A stretch of DNA of 64,000 nucleotides from Candidatus Zixiibacteriota bacterium (GCA_011773985.1 WVWN01000062.1:132084-196083), one strand, 5' to 3'. Shown: positions 9,338 through 19,140, counted from the first letter of the stretch. Made by a program: numbers and translations. The notes: generated from the letters alone by a model not told the origin.

Positions 9338-10222
9338 ATGCGAAACCACGAAAGCGAACGCGCGCCCGCCTGGCTCCGGCGGCCGGTAGCGGAGAGAGTA
9401 GGCCGCGGGCCGGCGCGACGCGCCGTGGCCGGCCTTATCACCGTTTGCGAAGAAGCTCGGTGCCCGAACCGCGGCCGGTGTATGGGCGATGATAATACGG
9501 CCACGTTTTTATTAATGGGCCCGGGATGCTCGCGTAACTGTCGATTTTGTTCCGTATCGCCCGGGCCCGCGCCGCTCGACGACGCCGAGCCGGAAAAGGT
9601 AGCCCGCGCCGCGCGAGACCTCGGCCTAAAATACGTAGTCCTCACCTCGACCACCCGAGACGACCTAGCCGACGGCGGCGCGCGCCACCTGGCGGCGACG
9701 GTCGAGGCCGTGCGGAAAACTCTCCCCGACGCAGAGGTAGAAGTCCTCGCCCCGGACTTCGGCGGTTCCCTCCCATCGGTAGACCGTCTCGCGAAAGCGC
9801 CTCTCGCGGTCTTCGGCCATAACGTCGAGACCGTTCCTCGCTTGTACGAAGAGGTCCGGCCCGGCGCGGACTACCGGCGTACCCTCGACGTGCTCGCCCG
9901 GGCGGCCGAGGCCGGCGCAACAACGAAGTCCGCTATGATGGTCGGGCTGGGGGAGGAAGAGAGCGAAGTGTTGGCCGTTTTAGATGATTTAAGGCGGGTC
10001 GGCGTTATGGCGGTGGCGATAGGCCAATACCTGAGGCCGAGCAAGCGGCAAATGCCGGTAGCCCGCTTCTGGGAGCCGCGGGCCTTTGAGGAACTCGAGG
10101 CCGCGGCCTACGCGGCCGGCTTTGTCGCCGCGGCGTGCGCACCCTTCGTACGTTCCTCCTATCGAGCGGGGGAAATCTATCGGCGCCTGAAAACGGCGAG
10201 GAAGGAGTCCGGTGCTTCTTGA
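9338..10222 (+). CDS. lipA: Lipoyl synthase LipA
   Basis: N-terminal auxiliary-cluster cysteines CEEARCPNRGRC and the radical-SAM motif CSRNCRFC. Confidence 0.85.
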   Translation: MRNHESERAPAWLRRPVAERVGRGPARRAVAGLITVCEEARCPNRGRCMGDDNTATFLLMGPGCSRNCRFCSVSPGPAPLDDAEPEKVARAARDLGLKYVVLTSTTRDDLADGGARHLAATVEAVRKTLPDAEVEVLAPDFGGSLPSVDRLAKAPLAVFGHNVETVPRLYEEVRPGADYRRTLDVLARAAEAGATTKSAMMVGLGEEESEVLAVLDDLRRVGVMAVAIGQYLRPSKRQMPVARFWEPRAFEELEAAAYAAGFVAAACAPFVRSSYRAGEIYRRLKTARKESGAS

Positions 10223-10311
10223 AAAAATAATCCCGTCTATGATAAACTAACGAGGTGTCGAACCCTTAGACACCGCTCGAGCGCGAAACGATCAGCGGTT
10301 AGTCGGAGGTA

Positions 10312-10857
10312 GTGGACGTGGGTTTGCAGATCACCGGGAAGCGCGTTGACGTTACCGACGCCATGAAGACTTACATCGATAAAAAGGTAAATAAAATTTC
10401 AAAGAAACTCCGCGACGTTCAGGACGTCCTGGTAACGTTGCGCATAGAGCGGTACCACCACATCGCAGAAATTACCATTACCGCCGACCACTTGACGATA
10501 AGGGGCGAAGGCAATACCGCGGACATGTATTCCTCGATTGATATGGCCTGCAGTAAGATTGAAAAACAGATTGGTAAATATCGGAGCCGGATCCAGAGCC
10601 GCCGGGTCGCCCGCCCGGAAAAAATCCGCGAAGCCATGATGACGGTTTACGACCACCGCGCCATGGCGCGCGACCGCGATAGCCGCGTGGTGGTGAGCGT
10701 CGACAGAATACCCGTCAAGCCCATGACCATCGAGGAAGCGGTCATGGAGATGGATTTGTTGAATCAGGATTTTTTAGTCTTCAAGAACGCCGAGACGGAC
10801 GATATAAACGTCATCTACCACAGACGAGACGGCCACATCGGCCTTATCGAACCTTAA
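10312..10857 (+). CDS. hpf: Ribosome hibernation promoting factor (long HPF)
   Basis: N-terminal sigma-54-modulation/YfiA fold (ITGKRVDVTDAMKTYIDKKVNKI...) plus a C-terminal dimerisation domain. GTG start. Confidence 0.85.
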   Translation: MDVGLQITGKRVDVTDAMKTYIDKKVNKISKKLRDVQDVLVTLRIERYHHIAEITITADHLTIRGEGNTADMYSSIDMACSKIEKQIGKYRSRIQSRRVARPEKIREAMMTVYDHRAMARDRDSRVVVSVDRIPVKPMTIEEAVMEMDLLNQDFLVFKNAETDDINVIYHRRDGHIGLIEP

Positions 10858-10918
10858 GTCGCGCCTCCGCCCCGTCTCGGGTTGGTCCCCGGTGAAATAA
10901 ATGCGAGGTGATCGTGTG

Positions 10919-11377
10919 GTGAAGATTTCGGAGTTCGTCGACTCTAAGGGAATTAAAATGGAACTTACGGCCCAGGATAAAGAAGGGGTCCTCCGCGAAC
11001 TCGTCTCGCTCGCGGCCGAGACGGGCAAGATAACGGACGAGCTGGCGATCCTTAAGGCCGTGCGCGAACGGGAAAATTTGTGCAGCACCGGTTTCGAAAA
11101 CGGCGCCGCGATCCCGCATCCGCGCCAGGGCCACCCGGATATCGTCAAGGAGTTGGTGGCCGTGTTCGGCCGTGCGGCCAAAGGGATCGACTTCGAGGCC
11201 CTCGACGAGAAGCCGGTACAACTATTCTTCCTGCTTTGCGCCCCTACCGACAGCGAACACCTACGGGCTTTGGCCAAACTATCCCGTTTTCTCAAAAAGG
11301 AACAGGTCCGAAAAAGCCTCTTGGAAGCAAAGACGCCCGACGAAGTCCTGGCGGTCATAAAGGAGGAAGAGGTCTAA
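10919..11377 (+). CDS. ptsN: PTS EIIA-Ntr type (fructose/nitrogen family) protein PtsN
   Basis: GFENGAAIPHPRQ carries the active-site His, within the EIIA-2 fold. Start placed at GTG 10919, preceded by GAGGTGA at 7-nt spacing. The track's ATG 10901 is 6 codons upstream. Confidence 0.8.
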   Translation: MKISEFVDSKGIKMELTAQDKEGVLRELVSLAAETGKITDELAILKAVRERENLCSTGFENGAAIPHPRQGHPDIVKELVAVFGRAAKGIDFEALDEKPVQLFFLLCAPTDSEHLRALAKLSRFLKKEQVRKSLLEAKTPDEVLAVIKEEEV

Positions 11378-11384
11378 CTCGCGC

Positions 11385-12410
11385 ATGGCGAAGCACGGTA
11401 GAAGGGCCGTCAACGTCGACGAGCTATCTTTGGGCGGCACCAAGCCGCCCGTCGGCGTAACGGTCGGCGAGATGTTGGCCGAGATGCACGGGCCGCTGAA
11501 GTTGTCCGCGGTGGAGGACAACGGAGGTTTCGACCGACGCGTGCGCGGTACGGAGATAAACCGGCCCGCCCTTGCGCTCGCCGGTTACTTCGACCGCTTT
11601 GCGCACCGCCAGATACAGGTACTCGGGATGACGGAACTCTCCTATCTGTCCAGCCTGACCGAACAACGGCGCTCCGAGGTCTTTAATAAAATTACGTCTC
11701 GCGAAGGGCTCCCTTGTTTTATCGTCGCGCGTGGGCGCAGGCCGCCGCCCGCGTTAAAAGTCGCCGCGCGGAACCGCGGGATACCGGTGGCCCTGTCGCG
11801 GCGCCGCACCACGGACGTCATAGCGATCCTCTCCGATTACCTCCGCGACAAGTTCGCGCCCCGGCTCACCTTCCACGGAGACCTGCTCGACGTTTACGGC
11901 GTGGGCGTTCTCATCCTCGGGCCCGCCGCGGTGGGGAAGAGTGAGTGCGCGCTGGACTTGGTCGTACGGGGCCATCGCATCGTGGCCGACGACGTGGTTT
12001 ACGTCCGCCGTCGCATAACGGGCGAGCTCGTCGGCGACACGCGGGAGACGATACGCGAACACATAGAGATCCGGGGGTTGGGGGTCCTGAACGTAAAACA
12101 ATTGTTCGGCGTCCGCGCCGTCCGTAAATCCAAGAACGTGGAGCTCGTGGTTAAGATCGAGTTGCTCGACCCGGACGTGGAATACGACCGCACCGGCCTC
12201 GACAGGCAGGTCGTGAACATCCTCGGCGTCGAGGCTCCTTTCATCGTCATCCCCGTAGTCCCGGGCAAGAACGTGTCTTCCCTCATCGAGGTCGCGGCGC
12301 TGGATTATTTGTTGAAACGCTACGGCTTCGACTCCGCCCGCACCTTTGACGAAAAACTGCGCGCGTTGATCGAGATGAACTATTCCGCAAGTAAAAAAGG
12401 TAAATTATGA
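11385..12410 (+). CDS. hprK: HPr kinase/phosphorylase
   Basis: P-loop GPAAVGKSECALDLVVRGHRIVADDVV plus the conserved C-terminal kinase domain. Confidence 0.9.
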   Translation: MAKHGRRAVNVDELSLGGTKPPVGVTVGEMLAEMHGPLKLSAVEDNGGFDRRVRGTEINRPALALAGYFDRFAHRQIQVLGMTELSYLSSLTEQRRSEVFNKITSREGLPCFIVARGRRPPPALKVAARNRGIPVALSRRRTTDVIAILSDYLRDKFAPRLTFHGDLLDVYGVGVLILGPAAVGKSECALDLVVRGHRIVADDVVYVRRRITGELVGDTRETIREHIEIRGLGVLNVKQLFGVRAVRKSKNVELVVKIELLDPDVEYDRTGLDRQVVNILGVEAPFIVIPVVPGKNVSSLIEVAALDYLLKRYGFDSARTFDEKLRALIEMNYSASKKGKL

Positions 12411-12829
12411 TCGGGATTATGGTAGTGGCCCACGGGGCGATGGCGGAGGAGTTGATAAATTCGGTCGCCATGATCATGGGGCGCGTTCCCTCGCTCCGGG
12501 CCGTCGGCCTGCGCAGCGACCAGGGCCTTGACGATTTGGAGCGGGAGATCGAGAAGGCCTGGCGCACGCTCGAGCAGGGCGGCGCCGAGCAGGTCCTCAT
12601 ATTGGTGGACATGTTTGGCGGCTCTTGTTCGAACGTGGCCGCGCGGATGGTGAGCGAAAAGGAAGCCAAACAGGCCGCCGTCGTTACGGGCGTCAACCTC
12701 CCCATGGTCCTGGAAGCGGCCATCGACCGCGACCTTTATCCCTTGGAAGCCCTGGTCAATAAGATCGTCGAAGCCGGACGGAAGTCCATCGTGGACGTCC
12801 GGGCGGTTATGGCGGAAAAACTCCGCTGA
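12407..12829 (+). CDS. PTS mannose-family EIIA component
   Basis: MIGIMVVAHG N-terminus with the active-site His, typical of EIIA-Man. Overlaps the hprK stop. Confidence 0.8.
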   Translation: MIGIMVVAHGAMAEELINSVAMIMGRVPSLRAVGLRSDQGLDDLEREIEKAWRTLEQGGAEQVLILVDMFGGSCSNVAARMVSEKEAKQAAVVTGVNLPMVLEAAIDRDLYPLEALVNKIVEAGRKSIVDVRAVMAEKLR

Positions 12830-12852
12830 GCGAACTACCCCGTCCGTCGAAT

Positions 12853-13338
12853 ATGGGCGTCTTGCTCTACAGGGTGGACGACCGTTTGATTCACGGCCAG
12901 GTTGTCGTGGGTTGGGGGCGCTACCTCAAAGCTAATGCAATCCTCGTGTGCAGCGAACGGGTAGCGAATGACGAGTTCGCCAAGACGATGATGGAGATGG
13001 GCGCACCCGCGGACGTCAAGGTAGAAGTATTACGCTTAGCGGAGGCCGCGGCCGAGTTAAACGTAGACGCGTTCAACAAACGCGCCGCCATCGTGCTCTT
13101 CGAAACGCCGGCCGACGCCCTCGAGCTGGTTAAAATGGACGTCGAAATAGGCAAGTTGAACATCGGGGGAATGCATTTCCGCGCCGGGAAAAGGCAAATC
13201 ATGGAAGGGGTGTCGGTCGGCCGGGAGGATTGCGAAGCTCTTAACGACCTCGCGGCGCGCGGCGTCGAGGTCTACTTCCAAATGGTGCCGCAAGCCCGGC
13301 CCGTAGGGATCATACCGAAACTGCCCCGCGACCTTTAA
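12853..13338 (+). CDS. PTS mannose/sorbose-family EIIB component
   Basis: RVDDRLIHGQVV is the active-site His motif of EIIB-Man. Confidence 0.8.
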   Translation: MGVLLYRVDDRLIHGQVVVGWGRYLKANAILVCSERVANDEFAKTMMEMGAPADVKVEVLRLAEAAAELNVDAFNKRAAIVLFETPADALELVKMDVEIGKLNIGGMHFRAGKRQIMEGVSVGREDCEALNDLAARGVEVYFQMVPQARPVGIIPKLPRDL

Positions 13339-13553
13339 ACCCGTCCCGGCGCTCGAAAAAAGAACGGCGGCGATTCGGTTGACGACTCGTATTCGCTTTC
13401 GCCTTTCGTGACCACCAACCGGCCGGGAACGCCGTCTGCGTTATAACCGGCGTTCATACCCGTACCGTCAACCATTCTGAAGGGGGTTCGAAAGATTCTA
13501 CCAAGGGTCGTCGTTATTTACGTGGCGGAACTTGCCCGCGGGCGAGGGCGGCC

Positions 13554-14306
13554 TTGAGGGGCGGTTCGCGATTACGTTGGATTGATGGCATGTTGGACGT
13601 GCACCTGATAGCGGCGTGCATAGAACGGGCGGTTTGCGTCGCTTTCGTCGGCGCCCTGCTGGGTTTGGACAATATCGCCGTGGGTCAATTTATGTTGGCT
13701 CAACCGGCGGTAGGCGCGGTTTTGCTCGGGTACGTCGTCGGCGAACCGTTGCTGGGGATTTGGGCGGCGTTGACGTTCCAGCTTTTGTGGGTGGGCCAGA
13801 TCCCGGTCGGCGCGTACGCTCCGGCGAGTGCGCCCATAACGGCCGTTGCCGTCGTTGGTTTGGCCGTGCCGGCCGGCGCGCCGTTGGCCTCGCGCGCGGT
13901 TGCCGCCGCAGCCCTCGCGATTCCGGTCGGGGTGTTGGCGAGCAAGCTCGATATTTGGGTTAAAAGTCGGAACGTGGGTATTCTGCACCGGGGAGAGAAC
14001 GACCTATTGGACGGACGGCCCTTTGCCCTCGGCGGCGCGGTCGCCAAGGGCGTCGCCCGTTTTTTTCTCAAGGATTTTTTCCTCTTGCTGACGGCCATCT
14101 TCGTCGGCTCGGTAATAATAGTCCTGGCGCTAAAAAAGCTCACCCCCGCGTGGGACCGGGGCTTTGAGCTCGTATTCTTGGTATCTCCTGCGGTGGGCGT
14201 GGCCGCCGCGCTCAGGGCGTATTGGAAACGTCGCAACGTTCTGGCTTTCGGCGCCGGCGCTGCGGGAGCCGCGGCCGTATTCTACTTAGTTTCGATAACC
14301 CTATGA
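13554..14306 (+). CDS. PTS mannose-family EIIC component
   Basis: Polytopic membrane protein directly upstream of an overlapping IID gene. The size and hydrophobicity pattern fit EIIC-Man. Confidence 0.7.
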   Translation: MRGGSRLRWIDGMLDVHLIAACIERAVCVAFVGALLGLDNIAVGQFMLAQPAVGAVLLGYVVGEPLLGIWAALTFQLLWVGQIPVGAYAPASAPITAVAVVGLAVPAGAPLASRAVAAAALAIPVGVLASKLDIWVKSRNVGILHRGENDLLDGRPFALGGAVAKGVARFFLKDFFLLLTAIFVGSVIIVLALKKLTPAWDRGFELVFLVSPAVGVAAALRAYWKRRNVLAFGAGAAGAAAVFYLVSITL

Positions 14307-15082
14307 CGGGAACGCGCCAGAAGGGTGAGGTCCTGATTTCGCGGCGCACGCGCGCCGAGATGGTCGTCCGTTCGTTGTTCATCCAGGCCACGAACAACTT
14401 CGAGCGTATGTTGTCCTTCGGCTTCCTCTTCGCGCTGTGGCCCGTTATTAAAATGAAATACCCGGAGCCCGAGGCGCGGCGTAGGGCCGTCATTCGGCAC
14501 CTCTCGTTCTTTAACACGCAACCTTATTTTGCGAACTGCATTCTGGGCGTCGTGGCAAACGTCGAACTACGCGACGGCCGGAATGTGGACGCGAACGTCG
14601 GCAACGTCAAGCGGGCGATGATGGGCGCTCTCGGCGCCTTGGGGGACGACCTCTTTTGGACGGGCCTAATGCCCGCCGCGGCGTTGGTCGCTCTATTCTT
14701 GAACGCCACGATGCCGCGTTACGCCCTCGCGTGGGCGATCGTGGCGCTGGTTATATATAATATTTTTCAATTTTGGGCGAGGATAAAGCTTTTTGGCGTC
14801 GGCCTCAGGTTGGGCCCGCGCATAACGACCTACTTAAAGATGTTGCGGCTGCCGCAATTCGCCCTCGCTGTCAAGGTCGTGGCCGCTTTCGCGTTGGGCT
14901 TATTTACCGCGGCCGTAGTATGGCGTGCCGGCCAAGACGGCGAGTTCGGTTTGACGGGGGGCCTCGCCGCCGCGGCCGCGGTCGTTTTATCCTTCGGCCT
15001 TCAAAGCATCGGCATCCGCCCGGGACTTTGTTGGTACCTCGTCGCCGCGGTCGCCGCCGCTTTGGGAATATTAATACTGTGA
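14303..15082 (+). CDS. PTS mannose-family EIID component
   Basis: IQATNNFERMLSFGFLFALWPVIKMKYPEPEARRRAVIRHLSFFNTQPYFANCILGV is the hallmark N-terminal region of IID-Man. ATG at 14303 overlaps the IIC stop (ATGA). The track's longer N-terminus is an Arg-rich extension. Confidence 0.8.
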   Translation: MTGTRQKGEVLISRRTRAEMVVRSLFIQATNNFERMLSFGFLFALWPVIKMKYPEPEARRRAVIRHLSFFNTQPYFANCILGVVANVELRDGRNVDANVGNVKRAMMGALGALGDDLFWTGLMPAAALVALFLNATMPRYALAWAIVALVIYNIFQFWARIKLFGVGLRLGPRITTYLKMLRLPQFALAVKVVAAFALGLFTAAVVWRAGQDGEFGLTGGLAAAAAVVLSFGLQSIGIRPGLCWYLVAAVAAALGILIL

Positions 15083-15088
15083 AAACTC

Positions 15089-15358
15089 ATGGCCGCGATT
15101 AGAAAAGAGGTCGTAGTCAAACATAAACTCGGCTTACACGCCCGGCCGGCGGCGGCCTTCGTGAAGCTCGCCCGCAAATTCGAAGCCGACATAATCTTGG
15201 AGAAAAACGGCGAGCGGGTCAACGCGAAATCCATCATGGGCGTTATGATGTTGGCCGTCGCGCGGGGCGAGACCGTTTACCTGGAGGCCGGGGGCAAGGA
15301 CGGGGCGCACGCCTGCGAACAACTATCGGCATTTTTGGAAGACGGGAGCTTCGCCTAG
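15089..15358 (+). CDS. ptsH: Phosphocarrier protein HPr
   Basis: His-15 motif GLHARPAA and the Ser-46 region AKSIMGVMML. Confidence 0.9.
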   Translation: MAAIRKEVVVKHKLGLHARPAAAFVKLARKFEADIILEKNGERVNAKSIMGVMMLAVARGETVYLEAGGKDGAHACEQLSAFLEDGSFA

Positions 15359-15364
15359 ATATAT

Positions 15365-17110
15365 ATGAGGGAATTCACGGGCATATCGGCGAGCCGGGGC
15401 GTGGCGCTCGGGAAAGCCGTCCTCGTGGCGCCGCGCGAACTGACCGTCGAGCGCCGCGCGATAAAACCCGCCGACGTCGAGGCCGAGCAGGTGCGGTTGG
15501 AACGCACCCTCGCCGTTACGCGCGAAGAGTTCGCGGCGTTGCGGGACGAGGTGAAAAAGCACAAAACGTCGATTCGGGCCGAGATCCTGGACGCGTACAT
15601 GTTAATTCTCGACGACGAGATGTTGACCAGCGAGGCCCTAAAAATGATCGGCCAGGAAAAAGTATCGGCCGAGTACGCGTTCAAAACCACGCTCGACGGA
15701 ATGTTGGAAGTATTCGAGGCGATGGAAGACCCCTACTTCCGCGAGCGCGCCGTGGACTTCCGGGACGTGGGCAATCGGGTAGTATTGAACCTCCTCGGCG
15801 TCGCCTACCGGATATTCGAGGACCTGGGCGAAGACGCGGTACTCGTGGCTCACGACCTCCCGCCCTCCGACGCCGCGGCCCTACCGCGCGGCAAGGTCCG
15901 CGCCATCGTGACCGAGGTGGGAAGCCGGACCTCCCACACGGCGATCATGGCCCAAAGCATGGAGGTGCCGGCGGTCGTCGGGGCGGAGGGGGTCATAGGT
16001 TATGTCCGGGCGGGGGACCTCCTGGTCGTGGACGGCATCGACGGCCGCGTCATAGTCAACCCGACGGACAAAGTGGCGGCGCGCTACCGGGCCTTGATGC
16101 GCGAGCTGGCCGAGGAGGAGAAACGCCGCGCCCGCCTTGCCGAACTCCCCGCCACGACGCTGGACGGCTATCGGATAGAGCTCTCCGCGAACGTGGAATT
16201 GCTGCCGGAATTGGAGGCCCTGAAGCGCCACGGCTGCGACGGCGTCGGCCTGTACCGTACCGAATTCTTGTTCCTCCACCGGCGCGATTTACCCTCCGAG
16301 GAGGAGCAGTTGGACGCCTACCGGAAAGTCGCCGAGGCGTCACTTCCCCATACGTCCATCATCAGGACCGTCGACATCGGCGGCGATAAGTTCCTGTCGT
16401 TCCCGGAAGTAGCCCGCGAGCTAAACCCGTACCTGGGCCTGCGCGCGATAAGGTTTTGCCTTAAACGTCGAGACATATTCCGGACCCAACTTCGCGCCAT
16501 ACTGCGCGCCACCGTCTACGGGAAAATTAAAATCATGTTTCCCATGATCTCGGACGTGGAGGAGCTGCGCGCGGCGAAAGAGGTGCTCGCCGACGTCGGC
16601 GAAGAGTTGAGAAAAGAGGGGCGTCTCTTCGAAGAGGACGTCGAGGTCGGTATAATGGTCGAGGTCCCGTCGGCGGTACTCAGCGCGGACGTATTGGCGC
16701 AAGAGTGTGACTTCTTCAGCCTCGGAACCAACGACCTGATTCAATACACCTTGGCCGCCGACCGGGGGAACGAGAAGATCGCCTATTTATATGAACCGTT
16801 CCACCCGGCGGTGTTGAAGTTGATAAAGGCCACGGTCGACGCCGCTCACCGGAACGGCATATGGGTCGGCGTATGCGGCGAGATGGTGGCCGACCCGAAG
16901 GCCGCCGTACTCCTGCTCGGCCTTTCCTTCGACGAGTTCAGCGCGAGTCCGGCGTCGGTACCGGATATCAAAACGGCCATCCGCGCCGCCCGGTACGTCG
17001 ACGCGCGGCGCGTTGCCGAACGCGCGGTCCGGATTACGTCGGGTGCGGAGATTCGCGCTTACTTAACCGAGGCGCTCGCCGACATGGGCGTCCCGGCTTT
17101 CCCATGCTGA
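15365..17110 (+). CDS. ptsI: Phosphoenolpyruvate-protein phosphotransferase (Enzyme I)
   Basis: Active-site His region GSRTSHTAIMA, the PEP-utilising TIM-barrel domain, and a PEP-binding CGEM motif near the C-terminus. Confidence 0.9.
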   Translation: MREFTGISASRGVALGKAVLVAPRELTVERRAIKPADVEAEQVRLERTLAVTREEFAALRDEVKKHKTSIRAEILDAYMLILDDEMLTSEALKMIGQEKVSAEYAFKTTLDGMLEVFEAMEDPYFRERAVDFRDVGNRVVLNLLGVAYRIFEDLGEDAVLVAHDLPPSDAAALPRGKVRAIVTEVGSRTSHTAIMAQSMEVPAVVGAEGVIGYVRAGDLLVVDGIDGRVIVNPTDKVAARYRALMRELAEEEKRRARLAELPATTLDGYRIELSANVELLPELEALKRHGCDGVGLYRTEFLFLHRRDLPSEEEQLDAYRKVAEASLPHTSIIRTVDIGGDKFLSFPEVARELNPYLGLRAIRFCLKRRDIFRTQLRAILRATVYGKIKIMFPMISDVEELRAAKEVLADVGEELRKEGRLFEEDVEVGIMVEVPSAVLSADVLAQECDFFSLGTNDLIQYTLAADRGNEKIAYLYEPFHPAVLKLIKATVDAAHRNGIWVGVCGEMVADPKAAVLLLGLSFDEFSASPASVPDIKTAIRAARYVDARRVAERAVRITSGAEIRAYLTEALADMGVPAFPC

Positions 17111-18066
17111 TGGCAAAAAGGATTTTCGCCGCCGCCTTGTTTCTGGGCCTAACCGCTTGCCGCACGGACCTTTTCTTGGGCAAGGTTGAGGGAGTGGCCG
17201 CGAACGTGTTCGCCCCCAACGGTCGCACTCCCGCCTACCGGGCCGGGGTCGTTATAGAAGACGTTAAACCTTACGGCTACTACGGCGAAACCCTCACGTC
17301 TCAGACGGGAGCCTTCTCGTTCCCGGGCGTTCCCGACGGCTTCTACCAAATTAACGTAACGTCGCCCAACGGCTTCTTCGAGACCGGTTTTTACGTCGAG
17401 GTTGTGGACGGTCATTCGCCGGGAGACGTCAAAGTTTCGATGGCGCCCGCGCGCGTGGGGACTTTCCTAAACGTCCCGGGCCGGTACGACGACATGGGCG
17501 TTATTTTACTCGATCTCGGTTACGCGTTCCGGAGCGTCGGGATAGAGAACCTGGCGCAATCGGCCGACCCGCTCGAGGACGCGGATATAGTTTGCCTTAA
17601 TAGCGGCGTCGACACGGCCTGGGCCCAGGACGAAAAGGTCGTCAAACGGCTGCAGTCGTTCGTCTGGAGAGGGGGGCGCTTGGTGGCGTCGGATCAGGCG
17701 TGGCCGTTTATAAAGGCCGGTTGGCCCGAAAAAGTGACGTGGCCGCAGGACCCGGCCGTAGGGAACGGCAACCAAAACGTCGACGCCTCCTTCACCGACG
17801 CCGACCTTAGAAGATGTGCCACGGTCTCGAAATGGGTGCTCCGGTACGACCTCGGCAAATGGGCCCTCCCGAAAGACACGCGCGGCACGGCGTTCGTACG
17901 GGGGAACGTGAAGACGTCGTCCGGCTCGAGGAACGACGCACCGCTGCTTTTCGGCTTTACGCACGGCTCGGGTTTCGTATTGTTCAGTACGTTCGGTTGG
18001 CGGGCGCAATACAGCCGCGACCATTTCGCCGTTCGGGTCTTCAATTATTTTATAGCTAATAAGTAG
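17104..18066 (+). CDS. Putative lipoprotein with a CarboxypepD_reg-like beta-sandwich and a C-terminal ThuA/GATase1-like region
   Basis: Lipoprotein signal MLMAKRIFAAALFLGLTAC. The ATG at 17104 is in-frame inside the track's longer ORF and overlaps the ptsI stop. The upstream part of the track ORF is Arg-rich and implausible. Confidence 0.45.
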   Translation: MLMAKRIFAAALFLGLTACRTDLFLGKVEGVAANVFAPNGRTPAYRAGVVIEDVKPYGYYGETLTSQTGAFSFPGVPDGFYQINVTSPNGFFETGFYVEVVDGHSPGDVKVSMAPARVGTFLNVPGRYDDMGVILLDLGYAFRSVGIENLAQSADPLEDADIVCLNSGVDTAWAQDEKVVKRLQSFVWRGGRLVASDQAWPFIKAGWPEKVTWPQDPAVGNGNQNVDASFTDADLRRCATVSKWVLRYDLGKWALPKDTRGTAFVRGNVKTSSGSRNDAPLLFGFTHGSGFVLFSTFGWRAQYSRDHFAVRVFNYFIANK

Positions 18067-18145
18067 TACGGCAAACACATTTCGGTCGGCACCGCGTCCC
18101 GCCGGCCGGCACGGGCGCGTCGAGCGGCGCGCCTTTTACACGCGG

Positions 18146-18670
18146 ATGGATAAAGCCCCGCTCGTCCTTCCGATTTTGGGCGTTATCGCCGCCCCGGAAA
18201 TACGTGTCGACGACGTCGTTCGAACGTCGGGTGCCGCGCTTTTCGAACAAGCGGTCCAAACACGGGCCGAACCGTTTACCTTCACCGACTATTACCGTGA
18301 GGAGATGGGCGAGGGCTTAGTTCGCTTTTGGTGCGGGGGCGCTCGGTTGGTCCCGGCCACGTTGCTTGCGGATTACAAGTTAGCCGGCGTCGAGGCCGAG
18401 GCGCGGTGGCGGGTCGGCGGCGCTAGGCGCGTCAACCTCGACCCGGGCTACATTTCGACGTTGCAGATGGTCCTCGCGACGACGAAGGCTCTGCCTCAGG
18501 CCACGTATATCCGCGACGGCGTTTACGCCCTCGTCGAACTGCTCTATCGCGACGGCGCCTTTCGACCTCTCCCTTGGACTTATCCGGACTACCGGAAGGC
18601 GGCGGCCGAGCGTGCCTTCGAACCCTTCAGGTCCCACTTTTTACGCCTTCGGCGCGAGATGGCGAAGTGA
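18146..18670 (+). CDS. DUF4416-like conserved protein
   Basis: The VNLDPGYISTLQMVLATTK / YIRDGVYALVELLYRDG pattern matches the family commonly found beside tsaE. Confidence 0.5.
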   Translation: MDKAPLVLPILGVIAAPEIRVDDVVRTSGAALFEQAVQTRAEPFTFTDYYREEMGEGLVRFWCGGARLVPATLLADYKLAGVEAEARWRVGGARRVNLDPGYISTLQMVLATTKALPQATYIRDGVYALVELLYRDGAFRPLPWTYPDYRKAAAERAFEPFRSHFLRLRREMAK

Positions 18671-19140
18671 CCGTCTCCCGGGAAATAATTACGGATTCGC
18701 CCGAGGCGACCGTATCTCTGGCAGAACGGCTGACGCCGGCGTTGCCGCCCGGAGCCGTCCTGTTGCTCGACGGCGAATTGGGGGGCGGTAAGACGACGTT
18801 TGTCAAGGGTTTGGCGCGCGGCTTAGGCGTCGCGGGTGAACCACGCAGCCCTACGTTCGCGCTTATACGGGAATATGGCATTTTGGTTCACGTGGACCTC
18901 TTCCGCCTAACGGCGACGGAGGCGGCCGGCCTCGGTTGGGAGGATTACCTCGACGGCGACCGAATTATTGCGGTTGAGTGGAGCTCCCACTTACCCCCGG
19001 CCTTTTGGGTCAGATCCTCGCTAATCCTAAGGTTTAATTTCGAGATTTTGGACGAACGCCGGCGGAGGATCGTACTCGCGTACGACGAATCGGCGCCGGC
19101 CGAGCTGAGGCGGCGCGTAGAGGAGCTGTTTTGCGCGTAA
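18667..19140 (+). CDS. tsaE: tRNA threonylcarbamoyladenosine biosynthesis protein TsaE
   Basis: P-loop LDGELGGGKTTFVKGLARGLGV and the PTFALIREY motif. GTG start overlaps the upstream stop. Confidence 0.8.
   Translation: MTVSREIITDSPEATVSLAERLTPALPPGAVLLLDGELGGGKTTFVKGLARGLGVAGEPRSPTFALIREYGILVHVDLFRLTATEAAGLGWEDYLDGDRIIAVEWSSHLPPAFWVRSSLILRFNFEILDERRRRIVLAYDESAPAELRRRVEELFCA

Noticed and set aside
13470-13500. GGGGGTTCGAAAGATTC, a tRNA-T-arm-like sequence in the PTS internal gap
   Set aside because: No complementary T-stem, acceptor stem or anticodon arm could be folded around it. The resemblance to TTCGAAT is coincidental.
16861-18066. 401-aa ORF starting inside ptsI
   Set aside because: The first 80 residues are Arg-rich and overlap ptsI. 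An in-frame ATG at 17104 gives a clean lipoprotein signal peptide directly after the ptsI stop.
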